From: Actinomycetes bacterium
GTDB taxonomy: Bacteria; Actinomycetota; Acidimicrobiia; IMCC26256
Direction of reading: 5' to 3'
Length of the DNA: 64,000 nucleotides
Assembly: GCA_046075855.1 (NCBI GenBank)
Contig: JBJTQX010000099.1
Location: 35-64,034, forward strand
The translations under genes and the position numbers were made by a program. The notes under the pieces were generated by a model that was not told the DNA's origin, made no database searches, and saw only the letters and a list, made by a program, of their open reading frames with translations. Below are positions 10,144-19,884 of this stretch, one piece after another (the first letter of the stretch is position 1; every line of letters starts with the position of its first letter).

Positions 10144-12444
10144 ATGCGACGAAGCGGCCCGGCCCGGCGGCCCACCCTCCTGCGGATCGCGGCGCTCGGC
10201 CTCGTCGCCGGATGCCTCGGCGCCACGGTCGCGTCGCCCGCGAGCGCGGACGAACGGCCGGTCCCCGTGCGGCGCGTGCTGCTGATCGCGCTCCCGACCA
10301 TGTCGTGGGCCGAGGTCCGGGACCACCGACTGCCCCACCTCGAGGCGCTGTTCCGAGCATCGGGGATGGCGAACCTCATGCTGCGCGCCACCTCACGCAA
10401 CACCGACCCGGGGGACGGGTACGCGACGGTCGGTGCCGGCACCCGCACCTCAGGCGGGGGGCTCGACGGCGAGGTCGTCGGAGCCCGCGAGCGGTACGCA
10501 GGTGCCGACGGATCCGTGCTCTACGAGCGCCGGATGAGCCGCCCACTCGACGCAGCGATCGGTGCGCTCGGCCAGGCCGCGCTCGAGGAGACGAACGAGG
10601 CGCTGCTGTTCGAGTCGGTGCCCGGTGAGCTCGGCAGCACCCTCCGCACCGCCGGGTGGCGCCGGGCCGTGATCGCGAACGCCGATTCGGGCGAGACCGT
10701 CCCGCCCGCCGAGCGGCTCCACCGCGAGGCCGCGCTCGTGCTCACCGATCGGCAGGGCCGACTCCCCGCCGGGGCGGTCGACGACGGCCTGCTCGAGCGG
10801 GTCGAGGGCGCGCCGTTCGGGCTGGCCCTGGACCCGACGTCGGTGCTGCGCGCGTTCGACTCGGTGTGGCGCGACCGATCCGTGGTGCTCGTCGAAGCCT
10901 CGGACCTCGCGCGGGCCGACGCCTACCGACGGTACGCAGACCCGGCTGCCCGCACCGAGCAGCGCCGGGCCGCGCTGCGCCGCACCGACCGGATGGTCGG
11001 CGCACTGCTCGAGCGCACCGATCCGGCGCGCGACCTCGTGCTCGCGTTCGGGTCGTACCACCCGTCAGCCGGCCGGAGCCTCGGCGTGCTCAGCGTCCGC
11101 GGTGCGGGCACGCCCCCCGGGTACGTCGAGACCGGCACCACGCGGCGAGCCGGTTACGTGGCCCTGCAGGACATCGCACCGAGCATCCTCGACCAGATCG
11201 GCGTCGAGGTGCCGGAGGCGATGGAGGGTCGTCCCGTCCACCCGGCCGGCGGCACGCGCAGCCCCTACGACGTCCGGGTGGACCGGCTCGCCCGGGAGAC
11301 CCAGGCCTCGCAGTTCCGGGACGCGACGATCGGCGCGGCGATGGTCGCCCTCGCGGTGACCGTCGTGGTCGTGGCGCTCCTCGGACTCGTCGTGCTCCTC
11401 GTGCCGCGCGCGGCGCGGTGGCGGTGGGTCCACGCGGGGATCTGCCTCGCCGTGCCCGGCCTCATGGCGGCGACGTTCCTCACCGAGCCCTTCGGCTTCC
11501 ACCGGTACGGCTCCGGCGCGTTCTGGGTCGCGGTCGTGACCTTCGCCCTCGGGTTCGGTGCGGTGGCGGTCGCGACCCGACGGGTCCACTGGCTGCTCCC
11601 GACCGCGCTCGCCACCGGCGCGCTCGTCCTGCTGCACGGTCTCGACGCGCTGCTCGGCGCGCACCTGCAGTTCGCGACGGTGTTCGGCTACTCACCCACC
11701 GTGGGGGTCCGGGTGGCCGGGCTCGGAAACCCCGCGTCGGCGCAGCTGAGCGCGAGCGCGCTCATCCTCGCGACGATCCTCGTCGGCTGGCTCGGGCCGC
11801 GCCGGGGCGTCGCGCTGAGCGCTGCGCTGCTCGGCGGCGTCCTCGTCATCGTCGCCGCGCCCCCGTGGGGGCAGGACTTCGGCGGGGCACTCTCGAACGC
11901 ACCCGCGTACGCGCTGTTCCTCTGGCTGGCGACGGGCCGGAAGGTCACCCGCCGCGCGGTGGCGTGGCTCGCCGTGGCCCTCGTCGGCGCCGGCCTGCTC
12001 GTCGGGTTCGGCGACCTGCTGCGGCCGAGCGGCTCGCGCACCCACGTCGGGCGCTTCTTCGAGAAGGTCGGCAACGACGGGTTCGCCGGGTTCGTGACGG
12101 TGATCTCCCGCAAGGCCGGCCTCATGCTCGAGACCTTCCTCGTCCCGACCTGGGTGCTCGCATCGATCGGGCTGCTCGCGTTCCTCGCGTTCCTCGCTTG
12201 GGGCACGCCGTGGCTGTCGCGCCTCGCCGTGGCGCTCCCCTCGCTGCGGGCGGGCGGGGCGGCCTTCGCCGTCATGGCGGTGCTCGGCCTCCTCCTCAAC
12301 GATTCGGGGGTGACGGTCCCCGGCATGATGCTGGCCGTCATGGTCCCCTGCCTGCTCGCGCTCACCGACCTGCAGCCCGCCGCCGACCCGGATCGGACCG
12401 AGGACCGCTCGGCCCGGGAGGCCGAGGCGAGCCCGACCGCCTGA
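10144..12444 (+). CDS. Large membrane protein: exported phosphatase/phosphoglyceromutase-like N-domain plus about 11 TM helices
   Basis: Signal peptide; TRRAGYVALQDIAPSIL resembles the alkaline-phosphatase-superfamily tail; THVGRFF and LLNDSG in the TM region. Confidence 0.6.
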   Translation: MRRSGPARRPTLLRIAALGLVAGCLGATVASPASADERPVPVRRVLLIALPTMSWAEVRDHRLPHLEALFRASGMANLMLRATSRNTDPGDGYATVGAGTRTSGGGLDGEVVGARERYAGADGSVLYERRMSRPLDAAIGALGQAALEETNEALLFESVPGELGSTLRTAGWRRAVIANADSGETVPPAERLHREAALVLTDRQGRLPAGAVDDGLLERVEGAPFGLALDPTSVLRAFDSVWRDRSVVLVEASDLARADAYRRYADPAARTEQRRAALRRTDRMVGALLERTDPARDLVLAFGSYHPSAGRSLGVLSVRGAGTPPGYVETGTTRRAGYVALQDIAPSILDQIGVEVPEAMEGRPVHPAGGTRSPYDVRVDRLARETQASQFRDATIGAAMVALAVTVVVVALLGLVVLLVPRAARWRWVHAGICLAVPGLMAATFLTEPFGFHRYGSGAFWVAVVTFALGFGAVAVATRRVHWLLPTALATGALVLLHGLDALLGAHLQFATVFGYSPTVGVRVAGLGNPASAQLSASALILATILVGWLGPRRGVALSAALLGGVLVIVAAPPWGQDFGGALSNAPAYALFLWLATGRKVTRRAVAWLAVALVGAGLLVGFGDLLRPSGSRTHVGRFFEKVGNDGFAGFVTVISRKAGLMLETFLVPTWVLASIGLLAFLAFLAWGTPWLSRLAVALPSLRAGGAAFAVMAVLGLLLNDSGVTVPGMMLAVMVPCLLALTDLQPAADPDRTEDRSAREAEASPTA

Positions 12445-12551
12445 GCCGCCCGCACCGGCCCCGGCACCCGGGCCCATCCGGATGGCGCCCCGGCTCCGAA
12501 CTGAGTGCGCCGGCCCTCCCGGGTCGACCGAGCCGACGAGGAGCCGAGCGC

Positions 12552-13490
12552 ATGGCCGGAGCCGCACACCGACGGGACGACGCCTCCGAGCGCGATCTCA
12601 TCGCGACCTACCTCGACGAGATCGGCCGCGTGCCGCTGCTCACGAAGGACGACGAGGCGCGGCTCGCCCAGGCCATCGAGGAGGGACGGGCCGCCCAGGC
12701 TGCGCTCGACGCGGGCGCGCGGGGTTCGCAGGCCACCAGGCTCCGCCGCACCGTGCGCGATGGCGAGCGCGCCCGAGACGACTTCGTCGAGGCCAACCTC
12801 CGCCTCGTCGTGTCCGTGGCCCGCCGGTACCAGCACCACGGGCTCTCCCTGCTCGACCTCGTGCAGGAGGGCAACCTCGGACTCATCCGTGCGGTCGAGA
12901 AGTTCGACTGGCGCAAGGGGTTCAAGTTCTCCACGTACGCGACGTGGTGGATCCGTCAGGCCATCCAGCGCGGCATCGCGAACACGGGGCGCACCATCCG
13001 GCTGCCCGCCCACGCGTTCGACGAGGTGCTCGCGGTGAAGCGCACCGCGACCCGGCTCGAGGGCGAGCTCGGTCGGTGGCCGAGCAACGAGGAGATCGCC
13101 GCGGACTGCGGCATGACCCCGAACCGGGTGGAGGAGCTGCTCCTCTACTCCGCCGACACGGTCTCGCTCGACCAGCCGCTGCGCGAGGACGCGGATGACG
13201 GGCTCGGGGACCTCGTGGCCGACCCGACCGCGCTCGATCCCGCCGAGGAGTCGGTGCGCGCGTCGCTGCCCGGCGAGGTGGAGCGGATGGTGCAGGTCCT
13301 CAACGACCGCGAGAAGGCGATCCTCACGATGCGCCACGGGCTGCACGGGGGCGAGCCGGCCACCCTCGACGAGGTCGGCGCCAACCTGCGCTTGACGAGG
13401 GAGCGGATCCGGCAGATCGAGGCTCGGGCGCTGTCGAAGCTGCGGCACCCGTCCTGCGTCGGCGCGGGCCGCGAGCTCCTCGCCGGCTGA
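12552..13490 (+). CDS. RpoD/SigA-family sigma-70 factor lacking region 1.1 (group 2-like)
   Basis: YLDEIGRVPLL, ANLRLVVSVA, DLVQEGNLGL, KFSTYATWWIRQAI, TRERIRQIE. Confidence 0.92.
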   Translation: MAGAAHRRDDASERDLIATYLDEIGRVPLLTKDDEARLAQAIEEGRAAQAALDAGARGSQATRLRRTVRDGERARDDFVEANLRLVVSVARRYQHHGLSLLDLVQEGNLGLIRAVEKFDWRKGFKFSTYATWWIRQAIQRGIANTGRTIRLPAHAFDEVLAVKRTATRLEGELGRWPSNEEIAADCGMTPNRVEELLLYSADTVSLDQPLREDADDGLGDLVADPTALDPAEESVRASLPGEVERMVQVLNDREKAILTMRHGLHGGEPATLDEVGANLRLTRERIRQIEARALSKLRHPSCVGAGRELLAG

Positions 13491-13491
13491 G

Positions 13492-14403
13492 GTGCCCGAA
13501 CCTGCGGGGCCGAGCCGCCGCGTCGCCACAGCACCGATCGCGGTGATCGACGCGGCCCGGGAGCACCTCGGGCTCGCCGCCCGGCGCCTGCTCACCGCCG
13601 GTGACGGCGCCTACCCCGAGTTCCCGTTCGCCGACCACGACGACCCGGGTCTCTTCGGCCCCGACTCGATGACGTGGCGGGTCCACGCGCACCGCTCGAT
13701 GCTGGTGGGCGGCCTGCGCGCCCTGTTCGTGCAGATGCTGCACCCGCTCGCGATGGCCGGGGTGGCCGAGCACTCGTCGTACCGCACCGACCCCCTCGGG
13801 CGCCTCGCCCGGACGGGCCGGTTCGTCGCGACGACGACCTTCGGGACGACCGACGCCGCCGAGCAGGCCATCGCCGGGGTGCGAGCGGTCCACGGCCGGG
13901 TGCGCGGCATCGCGCTCGATGGTCGACGCTACGACGCGACCGATCCCGCCCTGCTGTCCTGGGTCCACAACGTGGAGGTGGAGTCGTTCCTCACCGCGTA
14001 CCGCACCTACGGGCCGGGTACCTCCGAGGCTGAGGCCGACCGCTACGTGCGGGAGATGCGCGTCCTCGGGTTCGCGCTCGGCGCGGATGACCTCCCGGTG
14101 AGCGCCGCCGGCCTGCGCGAGTGGGTCCAGGGTCACCGGGAGATCGCGGCCTCCCCGGCCGCGCACGCGGCCGTGCGGTTCCTCCTCCTCCCCCCGCTGC
14201 CCATCGCCACGCGTCCGGCCTACGCGGTGATCGCGGCCGCGTCCATCGAGCTCCTGAGCCTCCGGCAGCGCCTGCTGCTCCGTCTCCCGAGCCTCCCCGG
14301 GGTGGAGACGCTCACGGTCCGCCCGCCCACCGCGGGGTTGCTCGGGTTGCTCGGGTGGGCGCTCGGACCACCGCCCCCGCTCGCCGCGCGCGCCGCCGGG
14401 TAG
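13492..14403 (+). CDS. MpaB/DUF2236-family oxygenase-like protein
   Basis: GLFGPDSMTWRVH, LHPLAMAGVAEHS, YDATDPALLSWVH. Confidence 0.85.
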   Translation: MPEPAGPSRRVATAPIAVIDAAREHLGLAARRLLTAGDGAYPEFPFADHDDPGLFGPDSMTWRVHAHRSMLVGGLRALFVQMLHPLAMAGVAEHSSYRTDPLGRLARTGRFVATTTFGTTDAAEQAIAGVRAVHGRVRGIALDGRRYDATDPALLSWVHNVEVESFLTAYRTYGPGTSEAEADRYVREMRVLGFALGADDLPVSAAGLREWVQGHREIAASPAAHAAVRFLLLPPLPIATRPAYAVIAAASIELLSLRQRLLLRLPSLPGVETLTVRPPTAGLLGLLGWALGPPPPLAARAAG

Positions 14404-14414
14404 GTTCGACGACC

Positions 14415-15638
14415 ATGTCGGTCGTCATCGTCGGGGCCGGGCTGGCCGGGCTCGCGTGCGCGCGCACGCTGCAGCGCCATGGGGTCGACGTCACCGTGCT
14501 CGAGGCCTCGGACGGGGTCGGCGGGCGGGTCCGGACCGATCTCGTCGACGGGTTCCGACTCGATCGCGGGTTCCAGATCCTGCTCACCGCCTACCCCGAG
14601 GCCCAGCGCGTGCTCGACCTCGCCGGTCTCGACCTCCAACGGTTCGACCCCGGCGCGGCGGTTCGGGTCGGACGCCGCACCTGGCAGGTCACCGACCCCC
14701 GACGCCGGCCCGCCGGGCTCGCCGACACCGTGCTCGCGCCGATCGGATCGCCGCTCGACAAGGCGCGGCTCCTGGCCCTCGTCGCGCAGGCCCGTCGCGG
14801 CACCGTGCCCGAGCTGCTGCGGCGGACCGACACGTCGACGGCCGAGCTGCTCGCAGCGCGCGGCTTCTCATCGCAGATGGTCGACCGGTTCTGGCGCCCG
14901 CTGTTCGCCGGCATCCAGCTCGACCCGGACCTCGAGGTCTCGTCGCACCGCTTCCTGCTCATCCTCCGCATGCTGGCCACCGGCGACGCCGCGGTACCGG
15001 CCGCCGGCATGGGCGCGATCCCCCAGCAGCTCGCCGCGGGCCTGGACCCGGGCACCCTGCGGTGCAGCGCTCGGGTCACCGCGATCCACGGGCGCACGGT
15101 CGAGGTCGCCGACGGTGATCCGATCCCCGCCGAGACCGTCGTGGTGGCCACCGAGGGTCCGAGCGCGGCGCGCCTCCTCGACCTGCCCGATCCCGGGTCC
15201 CGTGCGACCAGCTGCATCTGGTTCGCCGCGCCCGAGCCACCCGACGGCGTCGGCCGCTCGATCGCGCTCGACGGAGGACCCGGCCCGGTCCGCAACCTCG
15301 CGGTGCTCAGCGCGGTTGCACCCACCTACGCACCGCCGGGCCGCGCGCTCATCGCCGCCTCGGTGCCCGGCACCCCGGGCGGGCCCGACCTCGAGGGTAC
15401 GGTGCGGCGCCACCTCGGCGAGTGGTTCGGACCCGTGGTCGCGAGATGGGAGACGTTGCGGATCGACCGGATCGAGCACGGCCACCCCGACCAGCGCGCG
15501 CCGCTGCACGCACGCCGACGGGTCGACCTCGGCCACGGGCGCTACGTGTGCGGTGACCACCGCGACACCGCCTCGATCCAGGGTGCGCTCTTCTCCGGCC
15601 GCCGCACCGCCGAGGCGATCCTCGCGGCGCGCCGCTGA
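14415..15638 (+). CDS. FAD-dependent oxidoreductase (amine oxidase/protoporphyrinogen oxidase-like)
   Basis: GAGLAG, EASDGVGGR, LDRGFQ, CGDH..SIQGALFSG. Confidence 0.85.
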   Translation: MSVVIVGAGLAGLACARTLQRHGVDVTVLEASDGVGGRVRTDLVDGFRLDRGFQILLTAYPEAQRVLDLAGLDLQRFDPGAAVRVGRRTWQVTDPRRRPAGLADTVLAPIGSPLDKARLLALVAQARRGTVPELLRRTDTSTAELLAARGFSSQMVDRFWRPLFAGIQLDPDLEVSSHRFLLILRMLATGDAAVPAAGMGAIPQQLAAGLDPGTLRCSARVTAIHGRTVEVADGDPIPAETVVVATEGPSAARLLDLPDPGSRATSCIWFAAPEPPDGVGRSIALDGGPGPVRNLAVLSAVAPTYAPPGRALIAASVPGTPGGPDLEGTVRRHLGEWFGPVVARWETLRIDRIEHGHPDQRAPLHARRRVDLGHGRYVCGDHRDTASIQGALFSGRRTAEAILAARR

Positions 15639-15641
15639 CGG

Positions 15642-16817
15642 TCAGCCCGCGAGGCCGATCAGCTCGCGACCGTTCTCGCGCATCACCCGCCGGATCTCCG
15701 CGTCGGAGAACCCCGTGAGGTCGTCCACGAAGGAGGCGGGCACCTCGAGTCCCTCCGCGTGGGGGTAGTCGGACCCGAAGATGATCCGCTCGACCCCGAT
15801 GGCATCCCGCACCGCGTGGAGGTCGTCCTCGTAGTACGGGGACACCCACACGCTGCGCTGCAGCTGCTCCACCGGGTCGTCGCCGTAGGCCGACGGCGTC
15901 TGTGCGTACGACTTCGCCAGCTTGCGTCGCAACGAGGGCACCCAGTCGCTGCCCGACTCGATCGTGGCCACTCGCAGCGCCGGGTGCCGGGTCAGCACCC
16001 CGTGGCAGATGAGCGCGGCCACGGTGTCGTAGATCGGGCGATCGCCGACCGTCACCACCGGGAACGGCGGGTTGCGGAAGGCCTCGAGCGACAGGTGCTC
16101 GCCCCAGTCGGTGAGGTAGCGGTAGTAGCCGCTCTCGCCGGAGTGGTAGGCGACGACCACCCCGGCCGCCGCGAGCCGGGCCCAGATCGGGTCGTGCGCG
16201 GGATCGCCGGGCGATCGCGCACCCTGCGGATCCATCACCGGTCCGGCCCGCATCACCACGACCCGGGCACCCCGCTCGATGATCCAGTCCACCTCGGCGA
16301 GCGCGCGCACCGGGTCGAGCAGGGTGAGGTACGGCGCCGCGAGGATGCGCCCATCACGATCGAAGCCCCAGTCGTCGAGGAGCCACTCGTTGAACGCGTG
16401 GAACGCGACGTGCGCGGCCTCCACGTCCGCGACGAGCGCCTCCTCCATCCCGACCCCGAGCGTCGGGAACATGAAGCAGCTGTCGATGCCCTGGGCGTCG
16501 AGCATCGCGACGCGGGCGGTCCGGTCCCGGTAACCGGGGTTGATGGGTTCGAGCGCGCCGAAGGCCTCCCGGATGTCGTCACCCGCCCGCTTGCCCCGGA
16601 AGTACGCGTCGAGCGAGCCCGGGCGGGCCACCGGGTCGAAGTGGGGGTTGGGGATGAACCGGTTGATCCGACCGGCGACGAGCAGCCGTTCCCGTCCGTC
16701 GATCGTCGCCCACTGCATGGTGCGCTTCGCGAAGCCGGCCGGGAGGTGCCGGGTGAAGGCATCCTCCGGTTCGTAGTAGTGGTGGTCCGCGTCGAAGAGG
16801 GCGAAGTCGAGGCTCAT
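15642..16817 (-). CDS. Amidohydrolase_2 family protein
   Basis: DADHH metal motif, FPTLG, IESG, FGSDYPHAEG. Confidence 0.88.
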   Translation of the reverse strand: MSLDFALFDADHHYYEPEDAFTRHLPAGFAKRTMQWATIDGRERLLVAGRINRFIPNPHFDPVARPGSLDAYFRGKRAGDDIREAFGALEPINPGYRDRTARVAMLDAQGIDSCFMFPTLGVGMEEALVADVEAAHVAFHAFNEWLLDDWGFDRDGRILAAPYLTLLDPVRALAEVDWIIERGARVVVMRAGPVMDPQGARSPGDPAHDPIWARLAAAGVVVAYHSGESGYYRYLTDWGEHLSLEAFRNPPFPVVTVGDRPIYDTVAALICHGVLTRHPALRVATIESGSDWVPSLRRKLAKSYAQTPSAYGDDPVEQLQRSVWVSPYYEDDLHAVRDAIGVERIIFGSDYPHAEGLEVPASFVDDLTGFSDAEIRRVMRENGRELIGLAG

Positions 16818-16850
16818 GCCGGCACGGTAGCGCCGCGTCCGGGCGATCGA

Positions 16851-18068
16851 TCAGCCCAGCGCCGCGCGATCCGTGAGCCAGGCCAGCATCTCGCAGTAGA
16901 TCTCGAGGATCCGATCGCCGTATCCATCCGCGGTCGCCCATGTGTGGGTCAGCCCATCCCAGGTCGGAACCCGCCCCCGCAGGAAGTGGGTGTCGAGGCG
17001 CGGATCGACCGCCGGGTGGGCGAGCATCGAGTTGCGCAGGCCGGGCTGCGCGTAGACGCGTAGCTGCTGGATCTGGGCCCGCACCCCGGTGCGCGCATCC
17101 GGGAACCGGAGGCCGGTCGCACAGGAGTCGCACGCACCCATACCTGCGAAGTTGTTGTCGACGGGCGCGACCTGCCCGCCGTCGGGGAAGCGGAAGCCTG
17201 CGGTCTCGAGGATGCTCTGCGCGAACGCGATGTCGCTGCGCACGTTCTCGGCCGACCCCTCCTCCACGTAGAAGCCCGCGAGTTCGGGGATCGACACCGT
17301 CGTGCGGGCTCGGTCCCCTCGGGTCGAGCGGAACCACCTCGCCATCTCCTCGGATCCGAGGACCGGTTGACCGCGGATCGGGGTCGCGGTACCCCCCGCC
17401 ACCGAGCGCCACCGAGCCAGCCAGAACCGCGCGGCCAACCCCTTCGCCCGCGCCGCGTCCACCCGACGTTCGATCTGGGGGGTCTGGGTGCGAACGCTGA
17501 CGAGATCCGAGCGGATGCGCTCGCGCTCGGTCGCGGCGCGGCGAGTGGCCCGGGCCAGCGCGCGCTCAGCGGCCCGGGCCTCCACGACCGCGGCCCGCCG
17601 CACCTCCGCCGACCGTCGCACGAGCCCGCGCCGGTACGCCGCGTCGAGCGGCGAACGGGCCCGGAGCAGCACCGAGAGGTTCGAGACGTTCGCACCATCC
17701 CGGTAGGCCGCAGCTGCGAGCTGCGCGAGTGCGGCGCGCGCCCGGTCCGCGCGCACCTGGGCCGCGCGCCGCGCGAGGCCGAGTTCGTCGGTGCGGGCCT
17801 GGGCCGCGGTCTCAGCGGCATAGAGCGCACCGAGCCGGTTGCGCAGGTCGGCGAGGTTCCGCTCGGCCCCTGCGAGCTGAGCATCCGCGGTCCGGCTCAG
17901 TGCCTCGAGCGCCGCGACCCTGGTCGCAGGGTCCCGGGACCCGCGGGCCGCAGGCACCGGTCCCGGCGCCGAGCCGGCGGGCACCGGGACGGCGACCGAA
18001 CCGAGCAGCGCCGAACCCGCGACGAGCAGCGTCGCCACGGGACGCAGGGGTGATCGGCGAGGGGACAT
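16851..18068 (-). CDS. Secreted coiled-coil protein with C-terminal glucosaminidase (GH73-like) domain
   Basis: Signal peptide, Ala/Arg coiled coil, FAQSILET, NNFAGMG, WATADGYG. Confidence 0.75.
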   Translation of the reverse strand: MSPRRSPLRPVATLLVAGSALLGSVAVPVPAGSAPGPVPAARGSRDPATRVAALEALSRTADAQLAGAERNLADLRNRLGALYAAETAAQARTDELGLARRAAQVRADRARAALAQLAAAAYRDGANVSNLSVLLRARSPLDAAYRRGLVRRSAEVRRAAVVEARAAERALARATRRAATERERIRSDLVSVRTQTPQIERRVDAARAKGLAARFWLARWRSVAGGTATPIRGQPVLGSEEMARWFRSTRGDRARTTVSIPELAGFYVEEGSAENVRSDIAFAQSILETAGFRFPDGGQVAPVDNNFAGMGACDSCATGLRFPDARTGVRAQIQQLRVYAQPGLRNSMLAHPAVDPRLDTHFLRGRVPTWDGLTHTWATADGYGDRILEIYCEMLAWLTDRAALG

Positions 18069-18129
18069 CGGACTCCGGCGAGGGGTGGACCTCCATCCTC
18101 CCACCTCGGGCACCCGCCCCGGGCGTCGG

Positions 18130-18546
18130 TCAGGCGCTGCGGAGCCCACCTACGGGCCAGACCAACCCCGCCGCGGTTCCGGCGGCCTCGACCGCGTCGA
18201 GGAGCGCAGCGATGGGGTCGGACGCACCGGCGGCCCCGGCCACCGCCTCGGGGGCGAGCAGCAGGTGCACACCGCCGTCGTCCGTGCGGGCCACGACCAC
18301 CGGGGCGAGGTCACGCGACGCCGCGACGATCTCCGGGGTCCGTTCGTCGCGGTGCACGGTCTCGAAGGGCACCGCCAACCCGCTGCGGCAGTCGCGCCAT
18401 GCACGCCGCTCGCGCACCGAGGTGTGCGTGATGTCGCACAGTGCGCAGTGGGTCCGTCCGAACCGCGCGCCGATCCAGTAGCGCAGCTCCCCGACCAGCG
18501 AACCGTCGGCGTCGTAGACCCCGACGAGACCGACCACCCCGGGCAC
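18130..18546 (-). CDS. Conserved hypothetical protein with CxxC motif
   Basis: GVYDADGSLVGEL...HCALCDITH; follows DUF3039 by 2 nt. Confidence 0.65.
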   Translation of the reverse strand: MPGVVGLVGVYDADGSLVGELRYWIGARFGRTHCALCDITHTSVRERRAWRDCRSGLAVPFETVHRDERTPEIVAASRDLAPVVVARTDDGGVHLLLAPEAVAGAAGASDPIAALLDAVEAAGTAAGLVWPVGGLRSA

Positions 18547-18548
18547 GG

Positions 18549-18812
18549 TCAGAGCCGCCAGCCCGCGGCGCGCCGCTCCTGGCAGGTCGGGCAGATCGGG
18601 TACCGCTCCGGTGCACGTGTCGGCACCCACCGCTTGCCGCAGAGCGCCACGATCGCCTCGCCCGTCACCATCGCGCGCGTGATGTCATCCTTGCGGCAGT
18701 AGTGCGCGAAGCGGTCGTGGTCGCCGCCGTCGGTGTCGATCGGCGAGGGCGCCTCGGTCGGGGTCTCCGTCGGAGCCTCGACGGGCGTGATCGTCGGGGT
18801 GTCGAGCCGCAT
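18549..18812 (-). CDS. DUF3039 domain protein
   Basis: GDHDRFAHY...ALCGKRWVP...PICPTC. Confidence 0.88.
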   Translation of the reverse strand: MRLDTPTITPVEAPTETPTEAPSPIDTDGGDHDRFAHYCRKDDITRAMVTGEAIVALCGKRWVPTRAPERYPICPTCQERRAAGWRL

Positions 18813-18863
18813 GCGGACTCCATCCTGCCCGGCCACCACCCGGGGCGCGGGATCGGGCGCGAC

Positions 18864-19088
18864 TCAGCCCTGCGGGAGGATCGCGCAGGCTGCGGTGAAG
18901 GTGCCGGCGAGCAGCGCCGCGACCACGAGGCCAGCCGTGATGCGCCGGAGCCGCAGTGCGGCGAGCGGGAACGCATCGACCCGGCCGCGGGGCAGCGTGA
19001 CGAGCACCGGTACGAACTCCGGCCGCGGCGCCTCGGGCGGGCGGCGCCGCCCCCGCTCGGGCGCGAGCAGGTGGGCCGAGGGACGCAT
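18864..19088 (-). CDS. Small hypothetical membrane protein
   Basis: C-terminal hydrophobic helix; upstream TTGCCC..TACCCT promoter-like spacing; no family recognised. Confidence 0.35.
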   Translation of the reverse strand: MRPSAHLLAPERGRRRPPEAPRPEFVPVLVTLPRGRVDAFPLAALRLRRITAGLVVAALLAGTFTAACAILPQG

Positions 19089-19260
19089 GCCGGCACCGCG
19101 TCCGTGGCCGAGGCTCCTGCGCCGCGAGTGGTGTTCCACCGTCGTCTCCGCTGCTCACCGAGCGACGGGCCGTCCGGCGGCCGTCGCACCCTCCGGGTGC
19201 TCCCGGCGGGCGGCGAAGGGTAACGGGCGCCCGGACCCCCGGGCAAGGTCGACGTCGGGC

Positions 19261-19680
19261 CTACTTGTACCCGACCATGATGTGCTCGACCCACCAGGCC
19301 GGCGCGGCCGCCATGAGCGTGCCCAGGTCCCAGTAGTCCCACCAGCGCACGATGTGGCCGTCCCGGAGGTCCATCACCGACACGAACGGGAGCACGACCC
19401 GCTCGCCGGTGTGCCAGTGCCACTCCTCACCGTGCTCGGTGATCGCCATGTCCTCGGTGACCACCAGCGACCGGCGGTGCTCCACGTAGGCCTCGAGCGG
19501 TTCGATGCCGAGCCGCAACCGGGCCACGATCTCCGCGGGTCCGAAGGCGCCCTCCTCCGGAGCGGGGACGTCGGTGTAGTGCGACTCGGCGGTGAAGAAG
19601 CCCGCGATCGCGTCCCAGTCACGGCGGTAGAGCGTGGCCCAGAACTCCTCGACGAGCGCTCGGTTCTCGGTGGTGCCCAT
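19261..19680 (-). CDS. SnoaL/NTF2-like protein (limonene-1,2-epoxide hydrolase-like)
   Basis: FWATLYRRDWD, TEHGEEW, LPFVSV, WWDYWD. Confidence 0.8.
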   Translation of the reverse strand: MGTTENRALVEEFWATLYRRDWDAIAGFFTAESHYTDVPAPEEGAFGPAEIVARLRLGIEPLEAYVEHRRSLVVTEDMAITEHGEEWHWHTGERVVLPFVSVMDLRDGHIVRWWDYWDLGTLMAAAPAWWVEHIMVGYK

Positions 19681-19737
19681 GCGTCCCATCCTCCGTCCGG
19701 CCGGCGATCCGGCGGTGGGGCGACGCTACTGCGGACG

Positions 19738-19773
19738 ACCACCGCCGGCGCGTGCGCACGCGCCAGCGGTGGT
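19738..19773. repeat. 36-bp near-perfect palindrome in divergent intergenic region
   Basis: ACCACCGCCGGCGCGTGC|GCACGCGCCAGCGGTGGT; 17 of 18 pairs complementary. Confidence 0.85.
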
Positions 19774-19884
19774 TCGCAGGTGAACATCGGGTGGTGCGTC
19801 ATCCGTCCACCGGTCGCGCCACGTAGAGCGTCCGACAGCACGGGAACGCACCCCCCGGTGGTTCCCCGAACCCAAGGAGCAACC

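Noticed and set aside
10656-12551. Apparent 630-aa N-terminal extension of the sigma factor
   Set aside because: Arg/Pro-rich alternate frame overlapping the real membrane protein gene; the sigma starts near 12552
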